Shown one piece after another: positions 28,121 through 36,871 of a stretch of 64,000 nt of DNA; positions within the stretch are counted from its first letter, which is position 1; every line of letters starts with the position of its first letter. Source of the DNA: a virus; IMG/VR virus record IMGVR_UViG_3300009446_000004; one strand, written 5' to 3'. A program made the translations under genes and the position numbers. Below the pieces are notes generated by a model that saw only the letters and a list, made by a program, of their open reading frames with translations, had not been told where the DNA came from and did not search any database.

Positions 28121-29595
28121 GAATCCCACGAATCAAATTAACAATAGATAGGCTTATCCACGAAGCGGACAAAGCCTATCTATTCTACCGTAAAGGGAAA
28201 GAGTTTTGGGTGCCTAAGTCAATGTGCGAGATCTTAGGTGGCGGCAATACTCCTAAGAAGTTTTTCAAAGTATTGCTTCACCCTCGAAAGTTCCAAGAAC
28301 AAACAGGTGTGATTCCTCAAGCATTGGATACTTTTAAAATGGCAGTGGCTAATAGCGCCTATGATTTAGATAATCACCCAATACGAGAGTTAAAAGGGTA
28401 TGCGTTATTTCCTAAGCAAAAAACAACAATCGAAAAGGTGTACAGGTTGAAGTATTGTGCTTTGATCTGCGAAATGAGAACCGGAAAAACAGTTATGAGC
28501 CTTACAATTGCTAATAGTAGGCTAAAAGCTGGATTGATTGACAGAATTATTGTAATCGCTCCACTAAGAGCAAAAATTGCTTGGCAGGATTATGATATTC
28601 CTTTTGAGTTTTACCCTATTGAGCACTTTTCAAACATTCACACTAGGGTTAAGATTCAGCTTAATTGTGATACAAAAACAATGGTGATTCTGGATGAATC
28701 ACACAAAATCAAGAATGATAAGGTTAAACGCCAGGAGCTTATCATAAACGAAACCATTACTGCTGGCTTCAAAATGATACTTACTGGAACCCCAATAGGT
28801 AAACATGCTGGAGACTTGTTTTATCAATTTGCTTTTCTATCCAAGGATATACTAAGATTCAACAGCTATTCAGATTTTAGCGAGAGCCATCTATTGTATG
28901 GCGGCAGAGACGGTAGCAAGGTAGTAGCCTATGCAAATATCGAAGAGATAGCCGAAAAGATAAGCCCTTATGTGGCTTTGTTGAACAGGTCTGATCTTTG
29001 GGACGAAAAGTTAAAGATTAAAAAGGTCTTCGTATTCAAGTTGAGTTGTTACAAGGATTATAAGGAGCAAGTTGATGAGATGCGCGATTTAGTAACAGAA
29101 AACAAAACAGTCCACGTATTGGGCGCAATGGTAAAACTACAGCAGATGGCAAGTAATGATGCGAATAGGATCGAAAAGCTAAAAGAGATGCTTGATGACC
29201 GACCTACAGTGATCTACTATAAGTTTGAAAAGGAAGGTGAAGTCATTGACCAATTAGAGATACCACGATTGAGCGGCAAGACTTCCAATATGGATTTTGC
29301 TGTGATATTGAATGATTTCAATTATGGAGCAATTAAAAGAATCGCAATCCAGCAGAGCATCAGTCAAGGATTTAGCTTGAAAAAAGCCAGTCGATTAATC
29401 TATTACTCTACCACTTTTAATCTATTGGATAGAGCTCAAAGCGAAGAGAGGGCATCAGAAAACAGAGAAGAAATAGAAGTTGCTGACATAGTTGCAGAAG
29501 GCACTATTGATGAACGGATTCAAGATGTATTAAATTTGAAAACCACGATAGTTAAAGCATTCAAAGATGAGACTAAATCCAGAAGTGGACGTTAA
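28117..29595 (+). CDS. SNF2-family helicase/ATPase
   Basis: CEMRTGKT, VILDESHKIKN, ILTGTPI, LQQMAS, QGFSL, DRAQSEER, TIDERI. Confidence 0.85.
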   Translation: MRIPRIKLTIDRLIHEADKAYLFYRKGKEFWVPKSMCEILGGGNTPKKFFKVLLHPRKFQEQTGVIPQALDTFKMAVANSAYDLDNHPIRELKGYALFPKQKTTIEKVYRLKYCALICEMRTGKTVMSLTIANSRLKAGLIDRIIVIAPLRAKIAWQDYDIPFEFYPIEHFSNIHTRVKIQLNCDTKTMVILDESHKIKNDKVKRQELIINETITAGFKMILTGTPIGKHAGDLFYQFAFLSKDILRFNSYSDFSESHLLYGGRDGSKVVAYANIEEIAEKISPYVALLNRSDLWDEKLKIKKVFVFKLSCYKDYKEQVDEMRDLVTENKTVHVLGAMVKLQQMASNDANRIEKLKEMLDDRPTVIYYKFEKEGEVIDQLEIPRLSGKTSNMDFAVILNDFNYGAIKRIAIQQSISQGFSLKKASRLIYYSTTFNLLDRAQSEERASENREEIEVADIVAEGTIDERIQDVLNLKTTIVKAFKDETKSRSGR

Positions 29596-30994
29596 GAACG
29601 TAATCACCCAGAAAGAGCAAAATAAAAGATTAAGCGGCATAAAAGGGAAAGTGGAGTTTATCCCATTAGCTAAGGCCATAGGGACCGAGTGGGAGGAATC
29701 AATTAAAGAACTTGCGATAAAAGATGTCTTTGCAAAAAGAGCATCGAGAGCAAAGTTCCTGCGTAAGAATGCATTAGTTGTAACAGTTGATGGACAGTTT
29801 GCTGCATTTAGTATTTTCGAGAGCGACAGCAAAGCACAGCAATTCTATCAATGGCAAATTGGGATCGACGCCCCATATAAGGGGAAAGGATTAGCTAAAG
29901 TAATTGTGAACGAAACATTGAGCAGGAACGTAAACAATTATCCAGCTGTAGTTTCTGTTTTCAATAAAAATGAAATCAGTTTAGGGCTATTCCAGAGCTG
30001 CGGTTTTGAAGTATATAGGAAAACCGGAGGGCTTTACAGATTAACCAGAGGCGGAATAGTCGATGGAAAGGAGGTCACAGCTTCTAGCGTTGGAAGAGTA
30101 AAAGCACTGATTGGCATTAATCCAACGAACCTATGGAATAGCGCAAAAGGAGATTGGAGGCAAGCAAAAGCGGCATGGAATGAACTGATCGAGACTGCTG
30201 GAACAATGGCAGATGTCGATAATCCTACATATGCAAGTCGTGAAGGATGCTGGCAAAAAGATGGAGGCTTGGCAGCATTTGCTACAGGAAAGGCATTGAA
30301 TGATGGGGCTTCAGTGCTAGACCCGTTTGTTTGCGAATTATTATGCAAGCTATTCATGCCAAAGAACGGGAACAGAATCTACAATCCATTTGGCGGAGGT
30401 GTTCAAATGGGATTCATTGCTGGGACATTACAGCACGATTATGTGGGTAGTGAGATTAGGCAAAATCAATGTGATGCCAATAATGCCATTTGTCAGGCAA
30501 TGGATCTTCCGGCAAAATGGATTAAAAGCGACAGCTCGACTTATGAGCCAGAAGGAATGTTTGACATGATTTTCAGCTGTCCTCCTTATTACAAAGTAGA
30601 AAAATACATCGATTACGAGGGAGTGATTCCAGAGGGCGAATTGAATGATCTGGATACTTATGAAGAGTTTCGAGACATGCTATTTCAAGGCTACAAAAAA
30701 GCTATTGCAGTATTGAATGACAACCGATTCTTTTGTGTTATGGTAGGAGACTCAAGAGATTCAAAAGGCGCTTACTATTGCTGCGAGGCGGAAACAATCC
30801 TTTTCCTTAGAGAGCAAGGGCTTCATGTGTACAATAAAATCGTTTATATGGAAACTCAATTTACAAGAGCAATGCAGGTGCCTAAGACAATCAGGACCCG
30901 AAAGCTCCCTAAGACAGAGCAAAAGATTATCATTGCTTACAAAGGGAACTTGAAGAACATCAAAGCAGAATTTGAGGACTTTGGCAGGATATAG
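29567..30994 (+). CDS. GNAT acetyltransferase - amino DNA methyltransferase fusion
   Basis: N-terminal GNAT (QIGIDAPYKGKGLA...N...LFQSCGF); C-terminal MTase (SVLDPFVCEL, YNPFGGG, GSEIR, DMIFSCPPYY). Confidence 0.8.
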   Translation: MRLNPEVDVKNVITQKEQNKRLSGIKGKVEFIPLAKAIGTEWEESIKELAIKDVFAKRASRAKFLRKNALVVTVDGQFAAFSIFESDSKAQQFYQWQIGIDAPYKGKGLAKVIVNETLSRNVNNYPAVVSVFNKNEISLGLFQSCGFEVYRKTGGLYRLTRGGIVDGKEVTASSVGRVKALIGINPTNLWNSAKGDWRQAKAAWNELIETAGTMADVDNPTYASREGCWQKDGGLAAFATGKALNDGASVLDPFVCELLCKLFMPKNGNRIYNPFGGGVQMGFIAGTLQHDYVGSEIRQNQCDANNAICQAMDLPAKWIKSDSSTYEPEGMFDMIFSCPPYYKVEKYIDYEGVIPEGELNDLDTYEEFRDMLFQGYKKAIAVLNDNRFFCVMVGDSRDSKGAYYCCEAETILFLREQGLHVYNKIVYMETQFTRAMQVPKTIRTRKLPKTEQKIIIAYKGNLKNIKAEFEDFGRI

Positions 30995-31034
30995 AATAAC
31001 ATGAGTAACAGATAAATTCAGTGTGGTTTTCAGG

Positions 31035-31071
31035 GCGGGAGATTTAGCATAGTGCTATTTCTCCCGTTTTT
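31035..31071 (+). terminator. rho-independent terminator
   Basis: GCGGGAG...CTCCCGT followed by TTTT. Confidence 0.6.
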
Positions 31072-31145
31072 AGTTGAAAATGGGCTAAATTTGAAGCCAC
31101 AACGAACATTTAGCAACCCAATAGCAACCCGAAAAGGTAGTTTAA

Positions 31146-31646
31146 GTGATTTTTATGGCAAAATCTAGGATAGACAACTTAGGAGTAAATAAAGGATCTA
31201 ATGGTTTAGATAAGAACCCAGCAAACATAAACAGGAAAGGGCCATTAAGAATACCTAGCATTAACAATGCCGTCAAAACTGTTGCTGGTGGCAATGGGGT
31301 GATATTTATAGGCAATAATCTGATCACAGAGAGGACAGGGGATGGCGTTTACATACAACTAGCAAGCGATGAGGCGTTGGCTGTAAAGATGTTTCAAATA
31401 GCACTAGAAGGCAATGACAGAGATTCTTTAAGGGCTATAGCGAAGATCAAAGAAAGCCTAGAAAGTGAAACATTGCCAACTACGCCTGTTAATAACACTA
31501 TAGAGATAGGCGTAAATTCATCTACTATAGAAAGGATCGAAGCACTAAAAGAGATACGTAAAAAAATAAATGCAGACATCAGAAGACTACAATCAGCAGT
31601 CCGAATGGATAATGCAGACTCAAATAGCAAGCCAAGCAAAAAGTAA
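31146..31646 (+). CDS. terminase small subunit (probable)
   Basis: GLDKNPANINRKGP N-terminal motif; lies directly upstream of TerL. Confidence 0.65.
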   Translation: MIFMAKSRIDNLGVNKGSNGLDKNPANINRKGPLRIPSINNAVKTVAGGNGVIFIGNNLITERTGDGVYIQLASDEALAVKMFQIALEGNDRDSLRAIAKIKESLESETLPTTPVNNTIEIGVNSSTIERIEALKEIRKKINADIRRLQSAVRMDNADSNSKPSKK

Positions 31647-33627
31647 GCTACTAGCATTTACAAAACACACCAAGCCAGACTATAAATCAAACTGGCATCA
31701 TGAACATCTATGTGAGGTACTAGATGATTTCCTTGCTGGCAAAATAAAGAGGCTCATTATCACAATGGGACCTCAGCATGGGAAGTCAGAACTAGGAACG
31801 CGCCGCTTGTTATCCATGGCTCTAGGATTGAACCCTGATCTGAAGATTGCCGGAATATCCTACAGTCCAGAGCTTGCAAGGGAATTTAACCGAGATGTCT
31901 CCAGTATTATAAACAGTCCTGAGTATCAAGAGTTATTCCCTGAGACTGTTATCCCGGGTCCTGGAAGGGATGCAAGAGGTAACAGAAAATCCAATAGATC
32001 TGATAAATTTCAGATAGTCAACCACACAGGAAGTTATCAATCCATCGGTACAGGCGGTGGTATATCTGGAAAGACAGTTGACCTGCTTTGTATTGATGAT
32101 CCGATCAAGGGCCACGCCAATGCCAAGAGCAAAGCCAAAAGAGACGCTATATGGAACAGCTATATAGACGAATGGAGAACAAGGCTGCACAATGACGCGC
32201 AGCAAATCATAATGACCACCAGGTGGCACGATGATGATCTAGTAGGTCGAATCCTAAAAGCCAAAGAGGAGGGCACCTTGAATGAGGAATGGACGGTTAT
32301 CAATTACCCAACCATCAAGGAATATGATAATGATGATCCAGAACCACACCAATCACAAAGAGACATAGGAGAGGTCCTTTGGCCTGAACGTCACAGCGAG
32401 CAAAGTATCTACAATGCTAGAAACCTTAATCCTCAATCATTCAATTGTCTACACCAAGGAAGACCAACACAAGCAGAGGGCGAAACTGTAAAGCGCGAAT
32501 GGATAGGCACGTTCAACATGCAAGACCTGCCAGATAGTGTTGTATGGAATACATTCGTAGATGGAGCATTCACGGAAAAGACGTACAACGACCCATCGGG
32601 GCTTGTGGCGTGGTGTTATCATGCTGGGGACTGGTATATCAGGGATGCCAATATAAACCTGCGTAAAGGGACCCACGCGCTTGCAAACAATGTGTTTTCT
32701 TTTGCCAAATCAAATGGAGTTGATTACAGGGGCGTGATAGGAGTGGAGCCAAAAGCATCAGGACAATCGTTGATCGATGTAATGCAAAACCGATTTGCCG
32801 ACTCAGGGATCAAGGTAATGGCGTTTGCTCCTCCACAGAATAACAAAGAGATAGAGCTTGGTGAGGTGATTCACATATTGAGAGCTGGCAGGGTAAAGGT
32901 CTTAGATGGCGCGGCCTGGGTACCGGGATTCATGGACCAGCTGTGTAGCTTCCCGCAAGTAAAGCACGATGAGTCGGTGGACTGTATTATAAACATGATC
33001 AAACACGAAGCTACTAGCATGGAAAGTAACAGGTATTGTGATGGATTTTTTATTCAGGAAAGTGATATGCAAATCACTCAGCCGGAACTCCATTTGAGCT
33101 TCCAGTCATTACATAACGGATATGCAAACCTACTGGTAAGCGAGATCACAGACACAGAGGTGCGAGTTCTAAGGCATTTTGTAATAGGCAACGTGGCAAA
33201 CCCATTAAAGGAACTATGTCAAGAGTTCACGCTATGGGTGGCATCTCAGGATGTGAAACCCAAGTCAGTAGTAGGGTATTTGAGGCCGCTGAAGACAGCT
33301 AGGAGCATACAGGTTTTTTATAGGGATGCTGGATCTATTGAGGCAGAGCTGGAAAACTATTTTAGCTACGATTCTATGTGTATGGGCCTTTTTAAGGAAA
33401 GCAGAGTATTCCGACGAATGGCATCTAAGATAATGGAGGGCCAATCAGAGGTCAAGGTAAGAGTCGATACAAGCTGTGTAGAATTGATATCAGATCACCA
33501 GCACACAAAGGCAGACAGCGAAGGAAACAAGATCAGAGGCGACGGCAATGAAGGTTCACCAACGGACTGCCTATGGAGCAATTTTATATCCGTCTACTTT
33601 GAGGAATTGTTTATTGAGCGCGATTAA
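31570..33627 (+). CDS. terL: terminase large subunit with an extra C-terminal domain
   Basis: MGPQHGKSEL, LCIDDPIK, MTTRWHDDDL, nuclease VDGA...ND...VEPKASG...KHDESVD, then about 200 further residues. Confidence 0.92.
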   Translation: MQTSEDYNQQSEWIMQTQIASQAKSKLLAFTKHTKPDYKSNWHHEHLCEVLDDFLAGKIKRLIITMGPQHGKSELGTRRLLSMALGLNPDLKIAGISYSPELAREFNRDVSSIINSPEYQELFPETVIPGPGRDARGNRKSNRSDKFQIVNHTGSYQSIGTGGGISGKTVDLLCIDDPIKGHANAKSKAKRDAIWNSYIDEWRTRLHNDAQQIIMTTRWHDDDLVGRILKAKEEGTLNEEWTVINYPTIKEYDNDDPEPHQSQRDIGEVLWPERHSEQSIYNARNLNPQSFNCLHQGRPTQAEGETVKREWIGTFNMQDLPDSVVWNTFVDGAFTEKTYNDPSGLVAWCYHAGDWYIRDANINLRKGTHALANNVFSFAKSNGVDYRGVIGVEPKASGQSLIDVMQNRFADSGIKVMAFAPPQNNKEIELGEVIHILRAGRVKVLDGAAWVPGFMDQLCSFPQVKHDESVDCIINMIKHEATSMESNRYCDGFFIQESDMQITQPELHLSFQSLHNGYANLLVSEITDTEVRVLRHFVIGNVANPLKELCQEFTLWVASQDVKPKSVVGYLRPLKTARSIQVFYRDAGSIEAELENYFSYDSMCMGLFKESRVFRRMASKIMEGQSEVKVRVDTSCVELISDHQHTKADSEGNKIRGDGNEGSPTDCLWSNFISVYFEELFIERD

Positions 33628-33839
33628 CTAGCGTTATATTTGCGTGATTGAAACGGAATACATATATTTGCACCACTTCAGAGTGGTGTTTTGGGTGCAC
33701 TATTCATCTCTTTAAGGGCTGGGTCCCGCCCCAACGTTTCCCAGCCCTTTATTCAAAACTAAACGGGCCTCCACGGCCCTTTGCTTAATGGTGGGATTAC
33801 GGTTGCTGGCTTTCGGGTCAGCAACCAATACACCAAAAT

Positions 33840-33912
33840 GCGATCGTAGCTCAGTTGGTAGAGCATCTCCCTTTTAAGGAGAGGGTCCAGGGTTCGAGCC
33901 CCTGCGATTGTA
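33840..33912 (+). tRNA. tRNA-Lys(TTT)
   Basis: GCGATCG/CGATTGT acceptor, GCTC/GAGC D-stem, TCTCC-CTTTTAA-GGAGA anticodon arm, CAGGG-TTCGAGC-CCCTG T-arm; CCA not encoded. Confidence 0.93.
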
Positions 33913-33920
33913 CAAATGAA

Positions 33921-34005
33921 GATCAGGCAAGGGAATAGCTGAAATCAGGCGCTTTGATTGCTATGTTAAAGAGGCTAAGTTGCCAGCCTTTCTATCTGTC
34001 TGATC
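33921..34005 (+). ncRNA. unidentified structured RNA (three-way junction)
   Basis: 9-bp closing stem GATCAGGCA/TGTCTGATC with two internal hairpins (ATAGC..AATCA/TGATT..GCTAT; AGGCT/AGCCT). Confidence 0.4.
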
Positions 34006-34010
34006 AATTT

Positions 34011-34099
34011 TCCAGAGTTCCAAGGAAAGGGCTTGGGGTGTATCGATAGGTACATTGAGTAAAACAAAACTCACGCGGGGGCGGATCCCGCATCTGGAG
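34011..34099 (+). ncRNA. non-canonical tRNA-like cloverleaf with a long variable arm
   Basis: TCCAGA/TCTGGA closing stem plus four hairpins in tRNA order; T-like loop GGCGGAT and an 8-nt anticodon-position loop. Confidence 0.5.
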
Positions 34100-34106
34100 C
34101 AAATTC

Positions 34107-34190
34107 GGTAGGATACCAAAGCGGTCAAATGGACTAGACTGTAAATCTAGTGGCTCCGGCCTTCGGCGGGTTCGAATCCCTCTCCTACCA
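34107..34190 (+). tRNA. tRNA-Tyr(GTA)
   Basis: GGTAGGA/TCCTACC acceptor, CTAGA-CTGTAAA-TCTAG anticodon arm, long variable loop, TTCGAAT T-loop. Confidence 0.93.
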
Positions 34191-34208
34191 CTCACATAAT
34201 AAATCACT

Positions 34209-34520
34209 ATGATTGCCCAACTTGTAAAGGGACTCAGAGAACAAAAGGGATGGACCACAGCAGAGCTGGCAGAGAAAACCGGTATCGATATTGCATGGCA
34301 TCAAGAACTAGAGGCGCAAGGGATAGAAGTGGACAGCAGGAACATTACCAAGCTATCAGGTGTCTTTGAAATTCCGGTATCTTTTTTTACTATGATGGCG
34401 CTTGACAAAGACTCCGTAGCACCAGAAAAAAGACAGGCATTTGCCGACTTAGAAACACCATTGAAAACCCTATTGGTAGAAACAGCGAAACTAATTTCAG
34501 AAAATGGAATGGATAATTAA
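34209..34520 (+). CDS. XRE-family HTH transcriptional regulator
   Basis: LREQKGWTTAELAEKTGI...ELE...ITKLSGVFEIPVSFF. Confidence 0.8.
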   Translation: MIAQLVKGLREQKGWTTAELAEKTGIDIAWHQELEAQGIEVDSRNITKLSGVFEIPVSFFTMMALDKDSVAPEKRQAFADLETPLKTLLVETAKLISENGMDN

Positions 34521-34731
34521 TAGACTAAAAAGAGAAATCGAATCTCTAACAATAGAAAATGCCATAATGATTGGTGTTGTCTTCGGTTTATTGATCGATA
34601 TATTTGTTAACACATAAACACCGCTAAATGAAAATGCCAAAATTAGACGCAGATAAGGCCTTTATTATCTTCGTAATTTTAATGTGCCTTTGGGCGAGAT
34701 CACAAGGCGAAACACCACAAAACTTAGACAC

Positions 34732-35121
34732 ATGTCAAAATCAGAATCAGAATCAGGATCAGGTGGAAGCATATATATTGTCGTTATGCTTGCCATTGGG
34801 TTTGCCTTATCACAAAACAACTTTGACCTTGAGAGAGGGGTGGGAGCGTTCACAAAGGACGCAATCAAGGAAACCAAAGCAAATGTTTTGGAAAGAAACG
34901 AGGCAGCAGCAAACGCGGCTCCGGGCATTTTCCAAAACATCAGCAATGCGACGGGCAAGATATTACATGATCGACAGTTGGCAAAGGACAAAGATGCTGA
35001 ATTGGCAAGGGTAGCAGCTGACGCGATCAGTAACCATCTTTCAAACCAGAACACAGAAAGGCCAACACTTACCAAAACGCAGACCAGGCAATACAATCAG
35101 CGCACAAGAATCGGGCCCTAA
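34732..35121 (+). CDS. single-TM membrane protein
   Basis: Start ATG 34732 after ACACCAC (34712); SESESGSGG linker, then IYIVVMLAIGFAL. Confidence 0.55.
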   Translation: MSKSESESGSGGSIYIVVMLAIGFALSQNNFDLERGVGAFTKDAIKETKANVLERNEAAANAAPGIFQNISNATGKILHDRQLAKDKDAELARVAADAISNHLSNQNTERPTLTKTQTRQYNQRTRIGP

Positions 35122-35169
35122 GATGAAAACAGCCCACACAGAACAGTAACTTTTCATTTGACAGATTTC

Positions 35170-35201
35170 CCGCTGCTGGCTTAGGTCGGCGGCGGTTTTT
35201 T
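35170..35201 (+). terminator. rho-independent terminator
   Basis: CCGCTGCTGGC-TTAG-GTCGGCGGCGG followed by T6. Confidence 0.7.
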
Positions 35202-35213
35202 AAAACTTGAACT

Positions 35214-35717
35214 ATGACACTAAGAGAGCAATACGACGCAGAGCGCCCGACCGAACAGGGCCGATACGACTTGACCAATCAAGGTTATGTTGAATGGCTG
35301 GAAGCTAGGGCGAAGGGTTGGATAAGGATATCCGACAACCCGCCTGAGCCGAACAAAACGGTCTGGTTGGCTAGTGAAACTTGGGCTGTCATAGGCTGCA
35401 AACATGTGGTACCTGAAGGGGGCTGGCAATGGGCCGTATCTAATGGGCTAATGTACAGTGAAGGGAGTAAGATAGTGGCTGAATGTGAGGCCGATGATGT
35501 TGAACCGATTTACTGGCATGAGATACCAGAATTGCCACGAATCAAAGCAGCCCGCCAACAAGGGGCTCTACCGGGCAAGAGCGGTAAGGCATATCAGTAC
35601 GAAAAACTTGCAGCCGATAGTGTTACCGGGCCTAACAAAAAAATGCTCAATAGTTTTTGCCAACAGATTAAGGGTTTTGAATTGAAATACTCCAGTGACG
35701 TAATTGGCGAAATATGA
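35214..35717 (+). CDS. DUF551-like phage protein
   Basis: GWIRISDNPPE...V...PIYWHEIPELP. Confidence 0.6.
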   Translation: MTLREQYDAERPTEQGRYDLTNQGYVEWLEARAKGWIRISDNPPEPNKTVWLASETWAVIGCKHVVPEGGWQWAVSNGLMYSEGSKIVAECEADDVEPIYWHEIPELPRIKAARQQGALPGKSGKAYQYEKLAADSVTGPNKKMLNSFCQQIKGFELKYSSDVIGEI

Positions 35718-35926
35718 GCGAGGTCATACAAGGATTATTCCCTCTGCCAATCACCTACCATAAGCCTATTGAGGTCTATGCAATAGCCACCGAAATAAGA
35801 ACCGGCTACGATGTGGAGATAGAATATGTGGGAGAAACACACGTCATATACAGGAGACAAGGAGCAAACGTACTAGAAAGCACAAGCCTGTATCATTTCA
35901 AAAGACTATTCAAAGAACATGGCTAA
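35714..35926 (+). CDS. hypothetical protein
   Basis: 70-aa coupled ORF. Confidence 0.5.
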   Translation: MSEVIQGLFPLPITYHKPIEVYAIATEIRTGYDVEIEYVGETHVIYRRQGANVLESTSLYHFKRLFKEHG

Positions 35927-36317
35927 AAGGAAAATAGACAAGCACGAAGTAATCAAAAAGGTACTCAGTGGAGATAGCCAGAAATCCACTGCAAAAGCTT
36001 ATGGCGTATCAGAATCCACGCTATCAAGGTGGATGAAGCTATACAGATTACACGGTCAAAAGGTGTTCAAGGTAGAACGGAGAGGAGCTAAATCAAAGCT
36101 AAAAGAAGCGCAAAAGCTAACGCTGGTCAGAGCACACAAGGAAAGCCCGTTTCCCAATGGCAATGCAATGATCAATTATGTCCATGAGTGCTTTGGTGTT
36201 ACCTACTCAGCCAGGGGGATAGATTACCTAGCAAAATCAATAGGTATAGAGTTCAAAGGTAAATTGCCATCATTTCATCAGATAGAAATATCAACCAATA
36301 AAGAAGACCTGATATGA
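35919..36317 (+). CDS. double-HTH protein resembling the IS630 N-terminus, no DDE domain
   Basis: SQKSTAKAYGVSESTLSRWMKLYRLHG...RGAKSKL...ECFGVTYSARGIDYL. Confidence 0.65.
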   Translation: MAKRKIDKHEVIKKVLSGDSQKSTAKAYGVSESTLSRWMKLYRLHGQKVFKVERRGAKSKLKEAQKLTLVRAHKESPFPNGNAMINYVHECFGVTYSARGIDYLAKSIGIEFKGKLPSFHQIEISTNKEDLI

Positions 36318-36871
36318 AAAAAGATTACGTAATAATACTAAAGACAGGACAGGTGCTTTACGTGCCAGAAATTGTAGCTGAAGCAATAATGGAGGTAAAG
36401 AACGGCTATCCATCCATAACATTTACAGATCCAGATAATCCCGAAAATCTAGGCCGTATTAGTGATGTAATAGCAAGGCCACCGCAATCACAATACGACT
36501 CAGTAACATACTGTAAAGAAGACGGTAAAGGATTTTCTGTAGTAGTTCAGGACGTAATGGCAGTGATTCCAAAATCATCATTCAGGCCGGAGCTACAACC
36601 TAGAGTAATTAATAATGAAGAAATCAAGAAAGAGAAAGCATTTTTTGAGGCTATTGGGGTAGCGGATAAAACGAAGGGAAACAGTATTGATCTTGAGTGC
36701 TCACCAATGACAAAGGAATCAAACGCAAGGATTCAAGGAGGACATAAGAGGTCTATCCTATTGATAGATAAAGATGGCAATGAACATCCTTTTGATAATG
36801 TTACAATTCACGACCCAAAAGGCAGTGTTTTTGCCCCTATCAAGATAAAATGGGCAGATGAGTGTGAATAA
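36314..36871 (+). CDS. hypothetical protein
   Basis: 185-aa coupled ORF. Confidence 0.55.
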   Translation: MKKDYVIILKTGQVLYVPEIVAEAIMEVKNGYPSITFTDPDNPENLGRISDVIARPPQSQYDSVTYCKEDGKGFSVVVQDVMAVIPKSSFRPELQPRVINNEEIKKEKAFFEAIGVADKTKGNSIDLECSPMTKESNARIQGGHKRSILLIDKDGNEHPFDNVTIHDPKGSVFAPIKIKWADECE

